Positions 37,585 through 49,265 of a DNA stretch of 64,000 nt are shown here, piece after piece. Made by a program: the position numbers and the translations under genes. The stretch is taken from positions 32,001 through 96,000 of the forward strand of contig JBGAJQ010000009.1 of assembly GCA_044224875.1 (NCBI GenBank), in the 5' to 3' direction. Under the pieces are notes generated by a model that ran no database searches, was not told the origin of the DNA, and saw nothing but the letters and a program-made list of their open reading frames with translations. This stretch comes from Gemmatimonadaceae bacterium (GTDB taxonomy: Bacteria; Gemmatimonadota; Gemmatimonadetes; Gemmatimonadales; Gemmatimonadaceae). Position 1 is the stretch's first letter, and each line of letters starts with the position of its first letter.

Positions 37585-38820
37585 CTAGCCGATTCGCCTG
37601 AACGCCAGGACGCCGTTCTGTCCACCGAATCCAAACGAGTTGGATAGCGCCGCATCCACGCGAACCTCGCGCGCGACATTTGGCACGACATCGAGCGGAC
37701 ATTCCTCGTCCGGCACTTCGAAGTTGATAGTCGGGGGAATGACCCCGTGGTGCAGGGTGAGCGCGGTGGCCGCTGCCTCAATGGCTCCGGCGGCACCCAG
37801 GGCGTGGCCGACCATCGACTTGATTGAGCTGACGGGCGGAGGCGGCCCAAAGACTGAGAGAATCGCCTTGGACTCACTGCGATCGTTCGCTTGCGTCGAG
37901 GTGCCGTGCGCGTTGATGTACCCGACGTCGCTGGTGTTCAGGCGTGCGTCGGCCAGCGCCAATGTCATCGCCATGGCGGCCCATGTGCCGTTCGGCTCCG
38001 GCTGCGCGATGCCGAACGCGTCACTGGTCATGCCAAAGCCGGCGACTTCCGCCAGCGGCACGGCGCCGCGCGCCTTGGCATGGGCGAGTGTTTCCAGCAC
38101 CAGCACCGCAGCCCCTTCGGCCATCACGAAGCCGTCGCGCCCCTTGTCGAACGGGCGGCTGGCGCGCTTGGGGTCGTCATTGCGCTTCGACAGGGCACCC
38201 ATCGCGGCATATCCATTCAGCACATACGGCGTCATCGTGGACTCGGCCCCACCCGCCAGCATCACGTCGGCCTGTCCCGCGCGCAACAGGTTGAGCGCCA
38301 TCCCGATTGAGTGCGCGCCTGAGGCGCACGCGGACACCGCCGCGAAGTTGGGTCCATGGATGCCCAGGGCAATCGCAGCCTGACACGTCGGCATGTTGGG
38401 GATGACCTTCGGTACACAAAATGGCGAGATCGCGTTCGCGCCTCGACTCAAGAAGTTCTGGTGTTGCTCTTCCAACTCGTTGTAGTCACCGGCGGCACAG
38501 CCGATGCAGCAGCCGACACGATGCGATGCTTCGCGTTGGAGGTCGAGGCCGGCGTCCTTGACGGCCTGGATGGCCGCACATGCCGCCAGCTGCGAATTCC
38601 GGCCCATTCGGCCGGCTTGCTTCCGCGGCAAGTACGTGAGCGGATCGAAATTGACGACCTCGGCGGCGATGCGTGTCGCGTATGGTGCGGCGTCGAACGC
38701 ACGGATCGGCCCGATACCGGACGTGCCGCTGGTGAGCGCCTGCCAGAAGTCCTGACGGCTCAATCCCACACACGTCATGACGCCAATGCCGGTGACGACG
38801 ACGGTGACCTGGTTACTCAT
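37585..38820 (-). CDS. fabF: Beta-ketoacyl-ACP synthase II
   Basis: 'VVTGIG', catalytic 'SACASG', 'SRPFD..RDGFV', 'YINAHGTST', 'KSMVGHALGAAG', 'NSFGFGG'. Confidence 0.92.
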   Translation of the reverse strand: MSNQVTVVVTGIGVMTCVGLSRQDFWQALTSGTSGIGPIRAFDAAPYATRIAAEVVNFDPLTYLPRKQAGRMGRNSQLAACAAIQAVKDAGLDLQREASHRVGCCIGCAAGDYNELEEQHQNFLSRGANAISPFCVPKVIPNMPTCQAAIALGIHGPNFAAVSACASGAHSIGMALNLLRAGQADVMLAGGAESTMTPYVLNGYAAMGALSKRNDDPKRASRPFDKGRDGFVMAEGAAVLVLETLAHAKARGAVPLAEVAGFGMTSDAFGIAQPEPNGTWAAMAMTLALADARLNTSDVGYINAHGTSTQANDRSESKAILSVFGPPPPVSSIKSMVGHALGAAGAIEAAATALTLHHGVIPPTINFEVPDEECPLDVVPNVAREVRVDAALSNSFGFGGQNGVLAFRRIG

Positions 38821-40259
38821 GCCAGTTCCTCAGCCGCCAGCTGCAAGAGTCGCCATGCCTCGGCGACGTGAGCGCGTTCGGTGCGAAGATTGCCGATGGC
38901 CACGCGGATCACGTACGTTCCGTTCAGCTTCGTGTGCGAGAGATATACACGACCGCTGGCATTCACGCGTTCCATTATCGCCGCATTCAGGCGTTCCCGC
39001 TCCTGCTCGGACGTTCCCGGCGGCGCATAGCGAAGGCAGACGAGCGAGAAGTGGACTGGCGCCGCCACTTCCCAGTCTGGTGTGGTTCGAACCCAATCGG
39101 CGAGGGACTGGGCGCTGGCGAGATGATCGCGCAGTCGCTCGGCAATGCCATCGACACCGAAGGCACGAATAACCATCCACAGCTTCAACGCCCGAAAGCG
39201 GCGGCCGAGCTGCACGCCGTAGTCCATCAGGTTCACGACGTCATCGCCCGTCGACGTGATGAGGTACTCGGGAACAAGGGCAAAGGCACGCTTGAGTATC
39301 TCTGGGCGGCGCGTGTACATGGCGGAGAGGTCGACCGGCGTGAAGAGCCATTTGTGTGGGTTCACAACGAGCGAATCCGCACGTTCCACTCCGTCCATGA
39401 TGTGTCGCTGCTCTGGTATCACCGCGGCTACGCCCGCGTACGACGCATCCACGTGCAGCCAGAGGCGCTCCTTGGCGCATATGTCGGCGACGGCCGGGAC
39501 GGGGTCGATGCTGGCGCTGCTGGTGGTGCCGATGGTGGCCACGACGGCGACCGGGAGCATGCCGCGCGCGCGATCTTCGGCGATGCGTTCGGCCAAGACG
39601 TCCGGGCGCATGCGAAAGGCGGCGTCCACGTGGACATGCACCACATTGTCGTGCCCGAAGCCTAACGTGATCGCGCCCTTGTCGACGGACGAATGACAGT
39701 GGGCCGATGTATACACGCGGAGCACGGGAAGGTCGCTCCGCCCGGCCATGCCGCGTGCCCGAATATCGAGTTCCGGCTTTGCCTCGCGCGCCGCCGCCAG
39801 CGCCAACATCGTCGAGATGGAGGCCGTATCGTTGATGACGCCAAACCAACCGGGTGCCAGGCCTAGCATCTGTCGAAGCCAGTCGAGCGAGCGTTCCTCC
39901 AGTTCGGTGACCGCCGGGGACGTCTTCCACAGCATGCCGTTCACATTCAAAGCCGCGGCGAGCATCTCAGCGAGGACGCCGGGCGTGGAGCCGGTGATGG
40001 CGAAGTAGGCCATGAAGCCGGGATGTTGCCAGTGCGTGATGCCTGGCAGCACGATGCGTTCGAAGTCGTCCAGGATCTCACCAAGCGGCTCCGGAGCTGC
40101 AGGAGGCGATGCAGGGAGCTGTCGCTTGATGTCGCCAGGAGCAACGCGCGAGACCACCGGGTACCGTGACGGATCGGTGAGATAGTCCTCGATCCAGTGC
40201 GTAACCCGCTCGAGGGCGGCGTGAAATTCCCCGGGCGCCACGTCGTGGGAGAGGCTCAT
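38817..40259 (-). CDS. PLP-dependent group II decarboxylase (aromatic-L-amino-acid decarboxylase-like)
   Basis: 'PGITHWQHPGFMAYF', 'HSSVDK', 'GTTS', 'WLHVDASY', PLP lysine 'NPHKW', 'GRRFRALKLW'. Confidence 0.92.
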   Translation of the reverse strand: MSLSHDVAPGEFHAALERVTHWIEDYLTDPSRYPVVSRVAPGDIKRQLPASPPAAPEPLGEILDDFERIVLPGITHWQHPGFMAYFAITGSTPGVLAEMLAAALNVNGMLWKTSPAVTELEERSLDWLRQMLGLAPGWFGVINDTASISTMLALAAAREAKPELDIRARGMAGRSDLPVLRVYTSAHCHSSVDKGAITLGFGHDNVVHVHVDAAFRMRPDVLAERIAEDRARGMLPVAVVATIGTTSSASIDPVPAVADICAKERLWLHVDASYAGVAAVIPEQRHIMDGVERADSLVVNPHKWLFTPVDLSAMYTRRPEILKRAFALVPEYLITSTGDDVVNLMDYGVQLGRRFRALKLWMVIRAFGVDGIAERLRDHLASAQSLADWVRTTPDWEVAAPVHFSLVCLRYAPPGTSEQERERLNAAIMERVNASGRVYLSHTKLNGTYVIRVAIGNLRTERAHVAEAWRLLQLAAEELA

Positions 40260-40297
40260 ACGGCAAATCTGGCGGCGTGGTCAGGCACCGGCGAGGG

Positions 40298-41272
40298 CTA
40301 CGGGACCTCCTCCAGCATGGCGCGTGTCGCGCCGTCCTCGCTATTCTCGGCGACGCGCTCACTGGCTCGCGCCGCCGCGGTTGTTCCACTGAACGTCGTA
40401 ATGGCCGCGACGGCGCCTACGATGACTGTGGCAGCCAGCCCGACCCGCCACGTGAGTTCCTCATCGGCGAAGAGCCAGCCAAGGAGTACGGCCACCACGG
40501 GATTCACGTACGCATAGGTCGCGACCTTTGCGGGCGTGGTGGTGCGCAGCAGGAACACAAAGGAGGAGAAGCCGACCAGCGAGCCGAAGATCACGAGGTA
40601 GACGAAGCCGACCCACGAGCGCGTGGACACCTGGTCCAGAGAGAAGCCGTCGAACTGCCTGGTCAGGAGCGCGAACGTGGTCAGCACGAGGCCGCCGCAG
40701 AACATGTGCATGGCACTGCCAAGCAGCGCCGATGACGGGCGTGGGGCATGGCGGGAGTAGATGGAGCCGAAGGACCACGAGATGGAACCCGCGAGTACGA
40801 CCCCGGCACCTAACAAGTCGATTCCGCCGCCGGACGTGAGTCCGGGTCCGAGGAGCAAACCGACGCCTATGATGCCGGCCACTAGGCCCACGAGCACGCC
40901 GGAGCGGGGACGCTCACCACTCCCACGCCACCAATCGAAGCTGACCATCCACACCGGTGTCATCGCCACCAGCAACGATGCGACCCCCGATGGAATGCGC
41001 CGCTCGGCGAAAGCCACCGATGCGTTGGAGCTCATGAGCAGTGCGCCGACGACGAGGCTCGCCCGCCACATGGGGAGTGTCGGCTTCTCGGCGCCGCGCC
41101 AGCGCGTCCACAGGTACAACATCGCGCCGGCCATGGCGAAGCGAATACCCGCCATGGGGACCGGTGGCAACGTCTCCACCGCAAAGCGGATGAAGAGGTA
41201 GGTGGAGCCCCAGAAGATGTAGACGGAGGCAAAGCCCGCCAGGACGGCGCCGCGCGTGGCCTTCACTTCCAT
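40298..41272 (-). CDS. EamA/DMT family transporter (YedA-like)
   Basis: 'VYIFWGSTY', 'YLVIFGSLV', 'TYAYVNPVVAV'; about 10 TM. Confidence 0.9.
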   Translation of the reverse strand: MEVKATRGAVLAGFASVYIFWGSTYLFIRFAVETLPPVPMAGIRFAMAGAMLYLWTRWRGAEKPTLPMWRASLVVGALLMSSNASVAFAERRIPSGVASLLVAMTPVWMVSFDWWRGSGERPRSGVLVGLVAGIIGVGLLLGPGLTSGGGIDLLGAGVVLAGSISWSFGSIYSRHAPRPSSALLGSAMHMFCGGLVLTTFALLTRQFDGFSLDQVSTRSWVGFVYLVIFGSLVGFSSFVFLLRTTTPAKVATYAYVNPVVAVLLGWLFADEELTWRVGLAATVIVGAVAAITTFSGTTAAARASERVAENSEDGATRAMLEEVP

Positions 41273-42369
41273 CGGAACAGACGTAGCGCGAGGATAAACG
41301 ACACCACACACCACGCCCCGGCGATCGCCCACTCGCTGGAAAGCACGCCCCATCCCTCGCCACGGAGCATCACCGCGCGTAGCCCATCAACCACGGCCGT
41401 CAGCGGCAACGCCTGAATGACCGGTTGCACCGCCGCGGGAAAGTTCTCCGCCGAAAAGAAGATCCCGGAACCCACCCACATGGGGAGCATGACCAGGTTC
41501 ATGAGTCCCGATGCGCCTTCCACCGTTCGCGCGCGCGCCGCGATCAAGAGGCCAATCGAGCCGAACGTAAGCGTCCCCAGCAGGCAGGTGGCTCCGTACA
41601 GGAGCACCGAGCCGCGCATTGGCACGCCAAACGCCAACACGCCGAACAACGTGATAACGGTTGCCTCGATCACCAGCAGGACCAATCGCATGAGCAGGAA
41701 CGACATGAGGTACTGCGTGCGCGACATTGGTGTGGCCACGAATCGCTTCAACAGCTTCTTCCGACGAGCGTCCACGATGCCGAAGCCGATGCCCCAGATG
41801 CCACTTCCCATGAGGTTCATGGCGAGGAGGCCGGGGACGACGAAATCGATGTAGCGCGACCCGCGCTCGCTCACCTGCGACACCTGCACGGGCACGGGAT
41901 CCTGTCTGCCCGCCGCCCGCTGGAGCACCGCATCGAGCTGCAGCCGCGCCGTACGCGCTTCGGGGCGCGCATCGTCGTAGCGATACTCCACGCCCCCGTT
42001 CACGCCGGGCACGATCACGAGCGCCACACTACCGACCTGCAACGCGCGATCGGCGGCGGAGTCCGAGAGGAGCTGGACCTTGAGCGAAGAATCGCGCGCC
42101 AGCATGTCGCGTAGCGAATCCGCGCCCGGGCGAGTGGCCAGCACACCGATCTTCGAGATGTCGGCTGGCCGGGAGCGGAAGGCGATGCCCAGCCCAGTCG
42201 CCAGCAACAACGGGAAGAGGAATGTCCAGAACACCGCCTCTGGCTCGCGCAGGAATTCGCGCAGGCGCAGGAGCGACAGCTGCAACAATGGCGACGGCCG
42301 ACGGTAGTCCTGCCCGCCCAATGAATCGCGCCGGCCACTGGCGACCCCAGTTGGCGATTCAGGTGTCAC
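41263..42369 (-). CDS. ABC-2 type transporter permease
   Basis: 'REPEAVFWTFLFP', 'RYIDFVVPGL', 'LPLT', C-terminal 'FRWK'. Confidence 0.9.
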   Translation of the reverse strand: MTPESPTGVASGRRDSLGGQDYRRPSPLLQLSLLRLREFLREPEAVFWTFLFPLLLATGLGIAFRSRPADISKIGVLATRPGADSLRDMLARDSSLKVQLLSDSAADRALQVGSVALVIVPGVNGGVEYRYDDARPEARTARLQLDAVLQRAAGRQDPVPVQVSQVSERGSRYIDFVVPGLLAMNLMGSGIWGIGFGIVDARRKKLLKRFVATPMSRTQYLMSFLLMRLVLLVIEATVITLFGVLAFGVPMRGSVLLYGATCLLGTLTFGSIGLLIAARARTVEGASGLMNLVMLPMWVGSGIFFSAENFPAAVQPVIQALPLTAVVDGLRAVMLRGEGWGVLSSEWAIAGAWCVVSFILALRLFRWK

Positions 42370-43303
42370 GCAGGTGCCTCCCGGTCAACGACACGAAAAC
42401 GTCTTCCAGCGTGGGGGTATGCGTGCGCAACTCGGCCACCCCGACGCCTGCCCGATTCACCAAGGCCAAGAGGGCGGGGAGGGCCACGTGCGCGGCCGTG
42501 ACCTGCAACGAAACCACAGGTCCGTCCACACGAACGCTCAACACGCCCTCCAAGGCGGCGAGGGCGGACTGGTCCAACTCCTGCGCCGCCCCATCCCGCA
42601 TGGTGAGCTCCACCATCTGGTCGGCACCTAACGACCGCACCAGCTCACGCGGCGTGCCTTCGGCGATCACCTTGCCGTGATCGACGATGGCAATCCGGTC
42701 ACACAGCCGCTCGGCCTCATCCATATAGTGCGTGGTCAGCACGATCGTCCGGCCCATCAGCCGCAACCGGTCAACCAGTTCCCACAGCTGCCGCCGAGAC
42801 TGTGGATCCAGCCCGGTGGTGGGTTCGTCGAGGAAGAGCAACTCCGGGTCGCCCACCAAGGCGCAGGCGATCGATAACCGCTGCTTTTGTCCGCCAGACA
42901 AGCCGCCGACCCGGCTCGACTGCTTCTCTTCCAACTGGACCAGGGCGATGACCTCCGCCGTGGACGGGCCGTGTTCATAGAAGCTTCGAAAGAGCGTCAC
43001 CATCTCGTTGACGGTGATCTTCTCCGAAAACTGCGTCTCCTGCAGTTGCACACCCAGTCGCTGGCGTAGCTCGCGCTCGTCCGATTCCCAGCGCTTGCCG
43101 AGGACCACCACCTCGCCGGAATCGGGGGGCAGCAGTCCCTCACAGATCTCGATAGTGGTGGTCTTGCCGGCACCGTTCGGACCCAGCAGTCCAAAACACT
43201 CGCCACGCGCCACTTTCAGGTCGAGTGAATCGACCGCCACCACATCGGCGTACGCTTTCCTCAGGCCGCGCACCTCGAGTGCGAACGAGCTGCTAGCTGT
43301 CAT
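42359..43303 (-). CDS. ABC transporter ATP-binding protein
   Basis: GPNGAGKTT, LSGGQ, LFLDEPTTGLD, H-loop 'TTHY'. Confidence 0.95.
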   Translation of the reverse strand: MTASSSFALEVRGLRKAYADVVAVDSLDLKVARGECFGLLGPNGAGKTTTIEICEGLLPPDSGEVVVLGKRWESDERELRQRLGVQLQETQFSEKITVNEMVTLFRSFYEHGPSTAEVIALVQLEEKQSSRVGGLSGGQKQRLSIACALVGDPELLFLDEPTTGLDPQSRRQLWELVDRLRLMGRTIVLTTHYMDEAERLCDRIAIVDHGKVIAEGTPRELVRSLGADQMVELTMRDGAAQELDQSALAALEGVLSVRVDGPVVSLQVTAAHVALPALLALVNRAGVGVAELRTHTPTLEDVFVSLTGRHLRDT

Positions 43304-43441
43304 GGCCGGAGTGTAATAGCATCACCGTCCAGACGGGGGCCTACCTGTTGCCGTCCCTGTCTGAATTTCCGATCGCTCGACACGTCTGTCCGCCGCGCGC
43401 CCGCGGTGCGACCATTGTCATCGTCGCTCACCTCGCCAGCC

Positions 43442-44334
<893 letters not shown>

Positions 44335-44338
<4 letters not shown>

Positions 44339-47300
44339 GCATGCGGCGCTTTCTGGTGGTGGCGAGGGACGAGTTCGCGATGAACATGCGCCGTCCCCTG
44401 ACGTGGATCACGCTCATCCTGGTGGGCTTGATCATCTGGGGTATCAGCAACGGCAACGTATCGATCGTGATCGGTTCAGGGGACGCCAGTGTCGGCGGCA
44501 AGAAGGCGTTGCTCACTTCCGAGTTCGCGATCTCGCAGATCTTTGCCACGCTCTCGTACATCTTCTACCTCTTCACCGTCTCGGCAGCGGCCGGGATCAC
44601 CATCATTCGGGACGCCGAGGCCGGGGCGTTGGAGCTGTTGAACGCCACTCCCCTGACGCCGCGAGAGTACGCGTGGGGCAAGTTGGCCGGCGTGGTCGCG
44701 TCCTATGTCGCCATCCTGCTGTTGCAGCTGGTAGTGGCGATCCTGTTCCTGCAGTGGCTGCCGAACGCCGACATGCTGGAGACGCGCGGGGCGTTCGTGC
44801 TTGGCAACTACCTGCGTCCCACGCTGTTGTTCGGTGTGCCGATGGTCGTGTTCTCGGCAGGCGTGGCGTTTGGCATCGGGACCTCGACCCGACGTTCGAT
44901 CCTCGTGTTCGTGCTCCCCGTGGCGCTGCTCATCCTGAGCGCGTTCTTCCTGTGGTCGTGGACGCCGACGTGGCTGCCCGACGTGTGGAACAAGGTACTG
45001 ATGGCGGCCGACCCGGCCGGTGTCCGCTGGTTGCGTGAGACGTGGCTCAAGGTGGACCGCGGCGCCGAGTTCTACAACACGCAGCATCTGGGGTTGGACG
45101 CGGTGATCATCACCAATCGGTTCGCGATGATCGGCATTGGCGTGTTGAGCGCATGGCTCGGGGTCCGATCTTTCGCACGGACGGCGCGCGTGAGCCACCG
45201 GGTGGCGGCGACCGATGTCGCGACGGCGCTCAGTGCCACGCCGTCGGCCGCGCCCGTGTTGCAACTGCGCCCCTTGAGTGACAGCACAGGTACGGCCATC
45301 CCGCGGGGATGGTGGAAGGGCGCCATGCAGGTGGCGCGAGCCGAGGCACGCGAGCTGCGCTCACAGGCCGGGTTGTACCTGTTCGTCCCAATGATCCTGT
45401 TGCAGATCCTCGGCAACTCACTGACGGCATTGGGAGCGTTCGATACACCGTTGCTGCTGGTTCCCGGCGACCTGGCCGTCGGCCAGATGCAAGCCATCGG
45501 CACGCTGGTGGCCCTGTTGCTGGTGTTCTATGGCGTTGAGAGTCTGGAGCGTGAGCGCGCCACGCGGTTGAGCAACATCCAGGACTCCATGCCATTGTCC
45601 AACCGTTCCATCGTGGTAGGAAAGGTTCTGGCGTTAGGTGTGGTGCTGGTGGTGATCCTGGCCGCGTGCCTCGTGGCCAGCATCATCGCCATTCTGGTAC
45701 AGGGGAAGGTGCGCCTCTCCCTCACGCCGTTTGTGCTGGTCTGGGGATTCCTGTTGCTCCCCACGTACCTCGTCTGGACGGCGCTGGTCTTCGCCGCGTA
45801 CGCGCTGACGCGCAATCGGTACACCACCTATGCCATAGCCTTGGCGGCGATGGGTGGGACGTTCTACCTGCTGGTGGTCGACAAGCTGACGTGGCTCACG
45901 AACTGGCCGTTGTGGGGGCTGCGATGGTCGGACATGAGCCTGTTCGAGTTCGATCGTACGGCCCTGGTCCTCAACCGTTTGGGAATGTTGGCCCTGGCGG
46001 CACTGCTCGCGCGTGTTGCCGTCTTGAACTACCCGCGCATCGATCGCGACGCCACTCGGCAGGTTCACGCCATGACCCCGCGGGCGATCTATGGGGCCTT
46101 CCGGCGTTCGTGGGCGTTCGTGCTCGCGCCGGTGCTGCTCCTGGCACTCCTCGCGCGCCAGGTCAGCGAGGGACCGGACGGCGCACGGGCCAAGAAGGCC
46201 GCCACCGACTACTGGAAGAAGAACCTCGCGACCTGGAAGGACGTTCCCACCCCGTGGCTCAAGGACGCGGACCTCGAGGTGACGTTGAGCCCCGCGGAAC
46301 GCTCGTGGACGGTGAAGGGGTCGTATCTCGTGGTCAACCAGCTGCAACAGCCGCTGCGTGACCTCCCGGTCACCGTCGGCATGTGGCGGGACATGACGTT
46401 CACGCTCAATGGGGTAACCGCCCGACCCGATACGGCGTCGCATCTGTATGTCTTCACCCCAACACAGCCGCTCGCTCCCGGCGATTCGGTGCGACTCGGT
46501 TTCTCCTATGTTGGATCGGAGGTCGGGGCGCAGAAGGCCGTTGGTGGCGCCGGAACATTCGTCCTGCCGTCAGGCGTGGTGATGACCAACTTCGACCCGC
46601 GTTACTTCCCGTTCGTTGGGTATGTGGAGGGCATCGGGGCAGAAAAGGAGCGGGCGTACGAACCCAAGCAGTACGGACCCGACTGGTATGAAGGAGAGAC
46701 GCCGTCGGCCTTTGGGGGCCAGCGTCCCATGACGGTGCGCATGCGCATCACCGCGCCCAAGGATATGACGGTCAATGCGGTCGGCGAACGAGTGAGCGAT
46801 CAGGTGCATGGCAACACCCACACCGTGGAGTGGCGCACGGACCATCCGGTGATGGCGTTCAACCTGATCGGCGGGCGCTACGCCGTGAAGACCGGGCCGG
46901 GCACCGCTCTCTACTACCACCCGGCCCACAGCTACAACGTCGATGAGATGATCGACGCGATGAACCAGGTCCGCAAATACTATGGCGAGTGGTTCGGCCC
47001 GTTTCCATGGAAGGAACTGAAGATCAGCGAGTTCCCGGCGCTGTCCACATACGCCCAAGGCTTCCCGACCAACATCTCATTCTCGGAAAGCATCGGGTTC
47101 CTGACCAAGAGCGAACCCAAGACGAATCTCGCCTTCCTGGTCGTGGCCCATGAATCGGCGCACCAATGGTGGGGCAACATGGTGCAACCAGGGATCGGGC
47201 CAAGCGGCAACTTCTTGAGCGAGGGAATGGCGCACTTCTCCACGGCCCTCCTCATCGAGCAGGTGAAAGGAGAGCATAACGCCCTGGAGTTCCGGAAGCG

Positions 47301-47937
47301 GATCGAGTCACTGTACGGCGACCAGCGTCGATCGGACGCCGAACGGAAGATGTTCCGTGTGGACGGCAGCAAGGACGGAGACAACACCGTCTGGTACAAC
47401 AAGGGTGGCTGGGTCTTCTGGATGCTCGCCGATCGCATGGGGCGCGCCAACGCACTGCGCGGCATGCGTGAGTTCGTCGCGGCATACCAGGGGAATCCGG
47501 ATCATCCCGTGCTTTACGACTTCGCGCACTTCCTGCGCGGTTATGCGCCAGACACCTCGGCGTACGACGACTTCATCAAGCAATGGATGGATTCTGTGGT
47601 GGTGCCGGAGTACCGCGTGCGCAACGTGACGACCGTACGCGGAGCGGGCACCGATACCACATGGCTCACGACCGCGACCATCGAAAACGTTGGCTCCGGA
47701 CGTATGCCGATCGATGTCGCCGTCACCCGTGGTGAGCGATTTCCAGAGGACACGGTCAAGGCCAAGGCGTCGAAGAAACCGGCGTACGCCGCCGAGCTGG
47801 TCACAATGGTGCTAGACGCCAAGACCCCGCAGACCGTGACGATTCACTCGCCGTTCAAGCCGGAGAAGGTGATCGTCGACCCGAACGTCCGCGTGTTGCA
47901 ACTGCGACGTCAGAGTGCCGAGGCGAAGGTCAAATAG
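44335..47937 (+). CDS. ABC-2 permease (two TM modules) fused to an M1-family aminopeptidase domain
   Basis: Two hydrophobic permease blocks, then 'YAQGFP', 'VVAHESAHQWWG', 'LSEGMA', 'YNKG'; GTG start overlaps the ATPase stop. Confidence 0.9.
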
Positions 47938-47955
47938 GCGCGCGAATTGGAACAC

Positions 47956-49164
47956 TCAGGACGCTGACTGCGGCGGGCGTACGGCTTCCACCCCACCGGC
48001 GAGCCCACGATCGATGAAGGTCGCGATGCGCGCGTGGTCCCGCTCAGCGTCCGCTTCGCCCAGCTCCAACAACCGGTGGATGTAGTCGGTCTGGAACATG
48101 AGGACGGACAGGATCGAAGGGCTCGTCGACTTGCGGGTCCCGAGCCCGCGCGTGAAGAATCGGAAGACGCGTGGCAACCGCGGCTCATACGCCCGAGCCA
48201 GCACCCCCAGGTCGACCGACGGCCGCACCACCAGGATCTCGATCGGACGTAACCCCCGTCGTTGCTCGAGCGGGAGCTTGGAGACGAGGTCGTTGATCAG
48301 CTCCAGGCGAGCGACGTCCTGATCGATCACGTCCAGGAACACCGCGTTGTAGAGAACACCCAGCACTTGTGCCGGTGGAGGATAGCCGACGATCTGCGGT
48401 TGCGCGGACTCGGCGCGTGTGTGGGCGTGACGTGTCGAGATGGTGAGCACACGGGACGCACCCAGGTGCAACGCCGGGGAGAGCGGGGCCGTCAGGCGGA
48501 TACCGCCGTCGCCGTACCACTCCGCGCCGACGCGCTCGGCCGGAAAGAACATCGGCAGCGCCGCCGACGCCATCACGTGATCGACCGTCAGCTGCGCATG
48601 TACGCTCACGCGCTCCGGTCGCTCCCAGGTCGTGATATCGCGACCTTGCACCCAGGTCGTCGAGCGGCCCGTGGTGTAGCTGGTGGCCGTGAGGGCGGCG
48701 GCGCGCAAGGAACCACGAGCCAGGTTGTAGTCGATTCCCGGCAGCGTGCCGTCGTCATTGCGTGTGAGGATGCGCTCCAGGAATCGTCGCAATGGCACCG
48801 TATCGACCATGCCGCGAACTCGATCTTCGGTCGCTGTGCCACCCGACACCAGTCCGTAGCCAGAGCGTACCACGTTGGAGATCAGGGCGCGCGCGTCCAC
48901 CCGATATACGTCCTCAGGGGTGAGTGAGCGCCAGATGGCTACCAGGTCCTCAATCGACTCCTCAAATGTCCCTTTGTGTGCGGCCAGGTGGATGGTATTC
49001 AGGGCACCCGCCGAGACCCCGGCAAGGATAGGGATGCGCAAGTGCGGGTAGTGCCGGGCGATGTATCGAAGGATCCCGACCTGATACGCACCGCGGGCGC
49101 CGCCACCGCCGAGCACCAAGGCCAGGTCGGTCGTCACGGGGGTGGGTCGTAGGACAGGTTTCAT
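47956..49164 (-). CDS. Patatin-like phospholipase
   Basis: 'GGGARGAY', 'GVSAG', 'DGG'. Confidence 0.92.
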   Translation of the reverse strand: MKPVLRPTPVTTDLALVLGGGGARGAYQVGILRYIARHYPHLRIPILAGVSAGALNTIHLAAHKGTFEESIEDLVAIWRSLTPEDVYRVDARALISNVVRSGYGLVSGGTATEDRVRGMVDTVPLRRFLERILTRNDDGTLPGIDYNLARGSLRAAALTATSYTTGRSTTWVQGRDITTWERPERVSVHAQLTVDHVMASAALPMFFPAERVGAEWYGDGGIRLTAPLSPALHLGASRVLTISTRHAHTRAESAQPQIVGYPPPAQVLGVLYNAVFLDVIDQDVARLELINDLVSKLPLEQRRGLRPIEILVVRPSVDLGVLARAYEPRLPRVFRFFTRGLGTRKSTSPSILSVLMFQTDYIHRLLELGEADAERDHARIATFIDRGLAGGVEAVRPPQSAS

Positions 49165-49265
49165 GACGCAGTTGAGGGAAGGCCTGCTGCAAGGTAGTCG
49201 TTACCCGGACGCAAGATGGAGCTTGGTCACCACCACATTCCACCAACACGTTGCCCAGAGCCAAC

